Of a stretch of 32,000 bases of DNA, positions 26,954-32,000 are shown piece after piece (position 1 is the stretch's first letter; the number at the start of each line of letters is the position of its first letter). Under the pieces are notes generated by a model. It was not told where the DNA came from, did not search any database, and worked only from the letters and a program-made list of their open reading frames with translations. The stretch is from Candidatus Nitrospira inopinata. Its GTDB lineage: Bacteria; Nitrospirota; Nitrospiria; Nitrospirales; Nitrospiraceae. Location of the stretch: positions 2,310,001 to 2,342,000 of the forward strand of contig NZ_LN885086.1 in the NCBI RefSeq assembly GCF_001458695.1. The letters are read 5' to 3'. A program made the translations under genes and the position numbers.

Positions 26954-29900
26954 ATGCTGGTCGAGGAATTTTTAGAAGCGAGCGCCGCCCGTCTCCCTGA
27001 CAAGGTCGCTGTTGTTGCGGGAGAGCGAAGGATCACGTATAGAGAACTCGACGAGCGGGCAAATGCGTTGGCCCATTCGCTTGTGCAGGCTGGTATTCAA
27101 CGGGGAGAGCGCGTCGTCATCTGCCTTGCCAACTCCATCGAAGTCGTGCTTTCGATTTTTGGGGTTTTGAAGGCGGGCGGTGTGTTTGCAGTGTTGAGCC
27201 CTTCAGCGAAGGCCGAAAAAATAGGCTATGTTCTGACACAGAGTCGGGCGTCCGGTCTCATCATGGCGGGCAAACGCCTGAGTGAACTCTTGCCCCTGAC
27301 AGACCAACTTAATGGCCTTCAAGTCATTGTGGGGACCGGAGCGGTGACCAAGGAGCAATGGGAAGGGACCCCGAAAGTGGTCTCGTTCGCGCAGTGTATA
27401 GAGAATGAAGGTCGTCGGAACGCTCCCCCCAAACGGAACATTGATGTTGATCTGGCCGCGCTGATCTACACATCGTCCTCCACCGGCGAATCGAAGGGGG
27501 TCATGCTCACTCATCTAAACATCCGTTCGGCAGCCGCCTCCATTCTTGCCTATTTGGAGTATGGACAGGACGACGTTATTCTCAATGTCCTCCCTCTCTC
27601 GTTCGATTACGGGCTGTATCAAGTCTTAATGGGCGTCAAGGTCGGCGCTCGAATCGTTCTTGAGCCGTCGTTCGCCTATCCTCATGCGGTGTTCCAACGC
27701 ATCGAGCAGGAACGTGTCACCGTACTGCCGTTGGTCCCGACGTTGATCGCTGCGTTGCTTGAAACGAAGCCAGACCGCTATGACTTGACTTCCGTCCGAT
27801 GTATAACTACGACGGGAGCCGCCCTGCCGACCGATCACATCGGGCGGTTGCGTGAACGTCTGCCGAAGGCGAAACTGTTCTCGATGTACGGCCTGACGGA
27901 GTGTAAACGGGTGTCGTATCTTCCGCCGGAAGAATTGGATCGAAGGCCGATGTCCGTGGGAAAGGGCATGCCAAACCAAGAACTTTATCTGGTGGATGTC
28001 GATGGCAATCGTCTTGGGCCGGGATCGATGGGAGAACTCGTGGTCAGGGGATCTCACGTGATGAAGGGCTATTGGAACATGCCGGAAGAGACCGCCCGTG
28101 TATTGAAGCCCGGTCCTTGGGGAGACGAGCGAGTGCTGTTCACGGGCGATTGGTTCCGCATGGATGAGGAAGGCTATCTTTACTTCATCGGTCGCAAGGA
28201 CGATATGATCAAAACGGGCGGGAAAAAAGTCAGCCCGCGCGAGGTGGAAAACGTCCTGCACGGCATAACGGAGATTGCGGAGGCGGCGGTCATCGGAGTG
28301 CCCGATCCTCGACTCGGCCATGTGGTCAAGGCCTTCGTTCGCCTGCGCGAAAGCGCCGATCTTACGGAAGCGGACGTGATCCGTCACTGCCGAAGCTCTC
28401 TTGAAGACTACATGGTTCCGAAAGTCGTTGCGTTTATCGAGGCCTTTCCAAGGACGGACAGTGGAAAGGTGGACAAAAGAGCTTTGGAGCAAATGAGCAC
28501 GTCTTCGCAAAGCGGCGGCCATTGGACGTCACCGGTCAAAGCCGAGAGCGACGATCCCCGCACGGCGGCGGAGGAATCCAGGATTGAGCGGATCATCAAC
28601 AGTGTGATGGAGGCGCACGGTCAGAGGACGGCGGTCGTTTATAAAAACGAACGGTATACCTATGGAGACCTGCGCACGCTCGTCAATGTTCAAAAAAGCA
28701 AGTTGGCCGATGCGGGTTTGACCAGACAGGACCGGGCCATCATCTGGATGGAAAATTCTCCCGAGTATGTCGTGACCTACTTGGCGGTATTGGAACTGGA
28801 GGCGATCGTGGTGGCGCTCCATCCTCAAACGACTACGGAAGAAGTGGTGCGGATTATCCGCCACGTGGGTGCCGCAGGTGTGATCATCTCTCCAACCGTG
28901 AAACACTGGACGATGGGCGATTTTGAATCCGCCGGGATCCGCTTCGTACTGGCGGGCGACGGCCTTCATCGTTTGCGGGCCTTCGACCAAGGACAGGCCG
29001 TTCCCGATGGGATTGCGCAGATCATCTATACGTCCGGCTCGACTGGACGACCGAAGGGCGTAGTACTCACCCATCGGAATCTCATTGCGAACACGAGATC
29101 GATTCTGGACTATTTGCAGTTGACCCGTGAAGATTCGGTCATGGCGGTTTTGCCGTTCGTTTACGCCTACGGCAACTCCGTCATGCTGACACACTTGTTT
29201 GCGGGAGGTGCGCTCGCGATCGAGAACAACATGCTGTATCCGCAGACGGTCGTGGATGCCATGATCAAGAATAACGTGACCGGATTATCCGGCGTCTCCA
29301 CAACCTACGCGCTGTTGCTGAATAACTCGAACTTCAAATCCTCAACCTTCCCCGCCTTGCGGTACCTCACCCACGCGGGAGGGCCAATGCCGTCGGAGTT
29401 GTTGGGCCGAATCCGAACCGCGTTCCCGGATCGGCAAATTTATTTGATGTACGGCCAAACCGAAGCCTCGGCCCGTCTGACCTATCTTCCTCCGGAACTG
29501 TTGGACGTCAAAAAAGGATCAGCAGGGCGTGCAATTCCAGGAGTGAGGCTCAAGATCGTCAAGGATGGAGGGGAGACGGCTCGGCCCGGCGAGGCTGGAG
29601 AAATTTGGGCCTTCGGCGACAATATCATGCAGGGCTATTGGCAAGACCCGGAACTGACGGCCGAAGTCCTCCAAGGTGGATGGCTGCGCACGGGAGACGT
29701 TGGCTGGTTGGATGAAGAAGGGTTTGTGACCATCGTCGGGCGCAATAATGAAATGATCAAATCCGGCGCGTATCGGATCAGTCCGACGGAGATCGAGGAA
29801 GTCCTGTTGCAGCATCCTCAAATCTTGGAAACCGGTGTCGTGGGAATCGAAGATCCGATTTTGGGACAGAAAATCTGCGCGGTGGTGGTTCTCAAGGAAG

Positions 29901-30085
29901 AGGGATTTCTCACCCAGCGCGATTTGATGGGCTACTGCGCACAACGGCTGGTCCCCTACAAGAGACCGAAGGTTATTGCCATCGTCTCCGCCTTACCGAA
30001 ATCCCCTTCCGGCAAGATTTTGCGACATCGCTTGCGCGAAATCGGTGTCGCGGCGGCCGGAGCGGCGGTCCCGGCTTCTTCATAG
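26954..30085 (+). CDS. Two-module adenylate-forming enzyme (tandem AMP-dependent synthetase/ligase domains in one polypeptide)
   Basis: Module 1 (approx. 26954-28500) has YTSSSTGESKGVMLTH, YGLTEC, GDWFRMDEEGYLYFIGRKDDMIKTGGKKVSPREVE and PRTDSGKVDKRAL. Module 2 (approx. 28580-30085) has YTSGSTGRPKGVVLTH, YGQTEA, GDVGWLDEEGFVTIVGRNNEMIKSGAYRISPTEIE and PKSPSGKILRHRL. Both modules share the YLPPE(E/L)LD motif. They are joined by a Ser/Pro/charged linker (MSTSSQSGGHWTSPVKAESDDPRTAAEES). Confidence 0.88.
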   Translation: MLVEEFLEASAARLPDKVAVVAGERRITYRELDERANALAHSLVQAGIQRGERVVICLANSIEVVLSIFGVLKAGGVFAVLSPSAKAEKIGYVLTQSRASGLIMAGKRLSELLPLTDQLNGLQVIVGTGAVTKEQWEGTPKVVSFAQCIENEGRRNAPPKRNIDVDLAALIYTSSSTGESKGVMLTHLNIRSAAASILAYLEYGQDDVILNVLPLSFDYGLYQVLMGVKVGARIVLEPSFAYPHAVFQRIEQERVTVLPLVPTLIAALLETKPDRYDLTSVRCITTTGAALPTDHIGRLRERLPKAKLFSMYGLTECKRVSYLPPEELDRRPMSVGKGMPNQELYLVDVDGNRLGPGSMGELVVRGSHVMKGYWNMPEETARVLKPGPWGDERVLFTGDWFRMDEEGYLYFIGRKDDMIKTGGKKVSPREVENVLHGITEIAEAAVIGVPDPRLGHVVKAFVRLRESADLTEADVIRHCRSSLEDYMVPKVVAFIEAFPRTDSGKVDKRALEQMSTSSQSGGHWTSPVKAESDDPRTAAEESRIERIINSVMEAHGQRTAVVYKNERYTYGDLRTLVNVQKSKLADAGLTRQDRAIIWMENSPEYVVTYLAVLELEAIVVALHPQTTTEEVVRIIRHVGAAGVIISPTVKHWTMGDFESAGIRFVLAGDGLHRLRAFDQGQAVPDGIAQIIYTSGSTGRPKGVVLTHRNLIANTRSILDYLQLTREDSVMAVLPFVYAYGNSVMLTHLFAGGALAIENNMLYPQTVVDAMIKNNVTGLSGVSTTYALLLNNSNFKSSTFPALRYLTHAGGPMPSELLGRIRTAFPDRQIYLMYGQTEASARLTYLPPELLDVKKGSAGRAIPGVRLKIVKDGGETARPGEAGEIWAFGDNIMQGYWQDPELTAEVLQGGWLRTGDVGWLDEEGFVTIVGRNNEMIKSGAYRISPTEIEEVLLQHPQILETGVVGIEDPILGQKICAVVVLKEEGFLTQRDLMGYCAQRLVPYKRPKVIAIVSALPKSPSGKILRHRLREIGVAAAGAAVPASS

Positions 30086-30106
30086 GCCGCCATCATTCAC
30101 CTATCC

Positions 30107-30118
30107 GGCGGTAGCTTA
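30107..30118 (+). promoter_or_regulatory. Second ops-core match GGCGGTAGCTTA (8-nt core exact; last position deviates from nnTG)
   Basis: Read directly from the sequence. It is on the + strand in the 84-nt spacer between the ligase gene and the NadE-like gene. Its GGCGG half can pair with CCGCC at 30087-30091. Confidence 0.3.
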
Positions 30119-30169
30119 AAAAAACGACGCGCTGTAATTCAGTTGGATACCCTACTAGGGAGAAACAAT

Positions 30170-31171
30170 ATGGGAGAAAACAGGAATAAGTTCTCGCCCG
30201 ATCATCTGCGGCTTGATGCAAAGGCCGAGGTCGAACGAATTGTCTCCTTCATCAGGGACACCGTGTTTACACGGCTCAAACGAAAGGGGATAGTCGTCGG
30301 CCTATCCGGAGGCATCGACAGCAGCACGGTCGTCGCCCTCGCCGTCCGCGCGTTGGGAGCCGATCGGGTGATCGGGTTGTTCATGCCGGAGTCCGATTCC
30401 TCGGATGACAGTTTGCGCTTGGGGCAATTGCTGGCGAAGGAGCTGGGGATCAAAACGTTCACCGAAGACATCTCCGGCATTCTTCGGGGAGCCGATTGTT
30501 ACCGCAGGCGTGATGAAGCGATTCGCACCGTGGTGCCGGAGTATCATTCCGGCTACAAGTCCAAGCTGGTGCTCTCCCCGCTCGACAGTTCCGAGTTTCG
30601 CATCTCCTACGTCGTGGTGCAGCCCCCGGAGGGCGAGCAGCGCAAGATCCGTCTGACAGCCGAGGCATTTTTGGCGCTGGTTGCCGCGACAAACTTTAAG
30701 CAGCGTACCAGGAAGATGATGGAGTATTACTATGCCGATCGCTTTCTGTACGCTGTTGCGGGGACGCCGAATCGGTTGGAGTACGATCTTGGGTTTTTTG
30801 TCAAAAACGGGGACGGCTCGGCCGATATCAAGCCAATCGCGCACCTGTACAAATCGCAAGTCTATCAACTCGCTGGGTATCTCGGCGTGCCGCAGGAGAT
30901 TTTGAATCGTCCCCCCACCACCGACACGTACTCGCTGCCCCAGTCGCAGGAAGAATTCTATTTCTCTCTCCCGTACGACAAGATGGACCTTTGTCTGTAC
31001 GGCAAGACCCATCGATTGCCTGCTTCGGAGGTCGCCGAGGCGCTTGGAATGAGCGAAGCTCAGGTCGAACGGGTGTATCGCGATATCGACGCCAAGCGAG
31101 CCGTCGCCCGTTACCTTCACATGGAGCCGTTGCTCATCGAACCGATCAAGGAAGCGGTCGTCGATTTTTAA
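30170..31171 (+). CDS. NAD+ synthase (NadE)-family PP-loop ATP pyrophosphatase
   Basis: The PP-loop is VVGLSGGIDSSTVVALAVRALG. NadE-like blocks include FKQRTRKMMEYYYA, AGTPNRLEYDLGFFVKNGDGSADIKPIAHLYKSQVYQLAGYLGVP and PPTTD. ATG 30170 is preceded by GGGAG. The ORF-track TTG at 30143 is a possible alternative start. Confidence 0.8.
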   Translation: MGENRNKFSPDHLRLDAKAEVERIVSFIRDTVFTRLKRKGIVVGLSGGIDSSTVVALAVRALGADRVIGLFMPESDSSDDSLRLGQLLAKELGIKTFTEDISGILRGADCYRRRDEAIRTVVPEYHSGYKSKLVLSPLDSSEFRISYVVVQPPEGEQRKIRLTAEAFLALVAATNFKQRTRKMMEYYYADRFLYAVAGTPNRLEYDLGFFVKNGDGSADIKPIAHLYKSQVYQLAGYLGVPQEILNRPPTTDTYSLPQSQEEFYFSLPYDKMDLCLYGKTHRLPASEVAEALGMSEAQVERVYRDIDAKRAVARYLHMEPLLIEPIKEAVVDF

Positions 31172-31184
31172 AGTTCTCTCCTCC

Positions 31185-32000
31185 ATGAAACCCGCAACCT
31201 GTTCTTTGCCGGCGATGGATTGGACTGTCCCCGATCGGCGAGTCCTGATGCTTGGTTGTGTTCTGGCCGCCGCGTTCCTTTTTTGCTACATAGACGTGCT
31301 GATCGGAATGGGCAGGCAGTGGTGGAACATCTCTTTTTATTCCTACGCTTTTTTGATTCCCGGCATCAGCGCCTATCTCGTGTGGGTCAGGCGGGATCAA
31401 CTGTGGGCGGTACAGCCGGAGCCGGCCTATGTGACCGGGACGGTCATTACCGCCGCCGGCTTGTCGGCGTTGATAGTCGGTCGCGCGGCCGGCATTCAGA
31501 CCGTGCAGCAGATGTCGTTGCTGATCACCGTTCCCGGTGTCGTGTTGTTTCTTTTCGGGTGGCGAGTCCTCAAAGTGCTTGGCCTGCCGATTGCGTTTTT
31601 AGGATTTATGATTCCCGTGTGGGACGCCGTCACCGAACCGCTCCATTTACCCTTTCAACGCCTCTCGGCCGACCTTGGCGTGCGGCTGCTGAACCTGTTC
31701 GGGATTCCGGTCTATCAGAACGGCGTGTTCATCTACCTTCCGAATATCACGCTGGAAGTCGCCAAATCGTGCAGCGGTGTCAACTATTTGATCGCGGTGT
31801 TGGCCACGTCGATTCCACTGGCGACCATTGTGCTTCATAGTGTCTGGAAGCGGATAGGCCTTGTCGTATTAGCGGTGACGGTTTCCGCCCTGGCCAACAG
31901 TTTACGTGTCGCGTTGATCGGGATGTTGGCCTATTACGATGTGAGCGGCGATCTTCATGGTCCGTACCACACGTTACACGGCATATTTACCTCGATGGTC
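31185..32000 (+). CDS. Exosortase (XrtA-like), 3'-truncated by window edge; not present in the supplied ORF track
   Basis: My own translation from ATG 31185 is open for 272 codons to the window end. It reads MKPATCSLPAMDWTV...WWNISFYSYAFLIPGISAYLVW..., a polytopic membrane protein. It has the exosortase signature NITLEVAKSCSGVNYL (Cys codon 31770-31772) and ANSLRVALIG (Arg codon 31905-31907). The track ORF 31220-31840 is an Arg-rich off-frame artefact. Alternative start ATG 31215. Confidence 0.85.
   Translation, partial: MKPATCSLPAMDWTVPDRRVLMLGCVLAAAFLFCYIDVLIGMGRQWWNISFYSYAFLIPGISAYLVWVRRDQLWAVQPEPAYVTGTVITAAGLSALIVGRAAGIQTVQQMSLLITVPGVVLFLFGWRVLKVLGLPIAFLGFMIPVWDAVTEPLHLPFQRLSADLGVRLLNLFGIPVYQNGVFIYLPNITLEVAKSCSGVNYLIAVLATSIPLATIVLHSVWKRIGLVVLAVTVSALANSLRVALIGMLAYYDVSGDLHGPYHTLHGIFTSMV

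Noticed and set aside
31220-31840. A 206-aa + strand ORF listed in the track inside the exosortase region.
   Set aside because: It is off-frame relative to the exosortase reading frame, which starts at ATG 31185 and is open to the window end. Its translation is Arg-rich nonsense, whereas the other frame shows TM helices and the CSG and LRV exosortase motifs.

Overview
This window comes from a GC-rich bacterial chromosome. I cannot assign a taxon from sequence alone. It has three parts.

(1) 1-12.6 kb is a densely packed, visibly very GC-rich housekeeping block, all on the + strand: glmU (5'-truncated), glmS, gatC, panD, gatA, a DUF948-like and a YtxH-like small membrane protein, gatB, eno, ftsB, era, mgtE, recO and a DUF971-like protein. 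Many junctions show start/stop overlaps.

(2) 12.7-16.1 kb is a visibly more AT-rich transition zone. It holds a lipoprotein, glgA, a second lipoprotein on the - strand, and a LuxR-type regulator on the - strand.

(3) 16.5-32.0 kb is a + strand exopolysaccharide / exosortase (PEP-CTERM-type) locus. In order it encodes a PilZ protein, two tandem short Wza/EpsE-like export proteins, a predicted outer-membrane beta-barrel, a fused chain-length-determinant/tyrosine-autokinase, a priming sugar-phosphate transferase, a PEP-CTERM-locus-type polysaccharide deacetylase and an RfaH-like NusG paralog. A ~290-bp leader follows and carries an exact match to the enterobacterial ops consensus. After it come an AsnB-like amidotransferase, an acyl carrier protein, a two-module adenylate-forming enzyme, a NadE-like PP-loop ATPase and an exosortase. 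The exosortase runs off the window and is absent from the supplied ORF track.

I recognised no rRNA, tRNA, CRISPR array, IS element or integrase. The two most interesting signals are the RfaH-like/ops pairing and the non-canonical carboxylate-activating cassette placed directly in front of the exosortase. All family assignments come from reading motifs by eye, and no searches were run.
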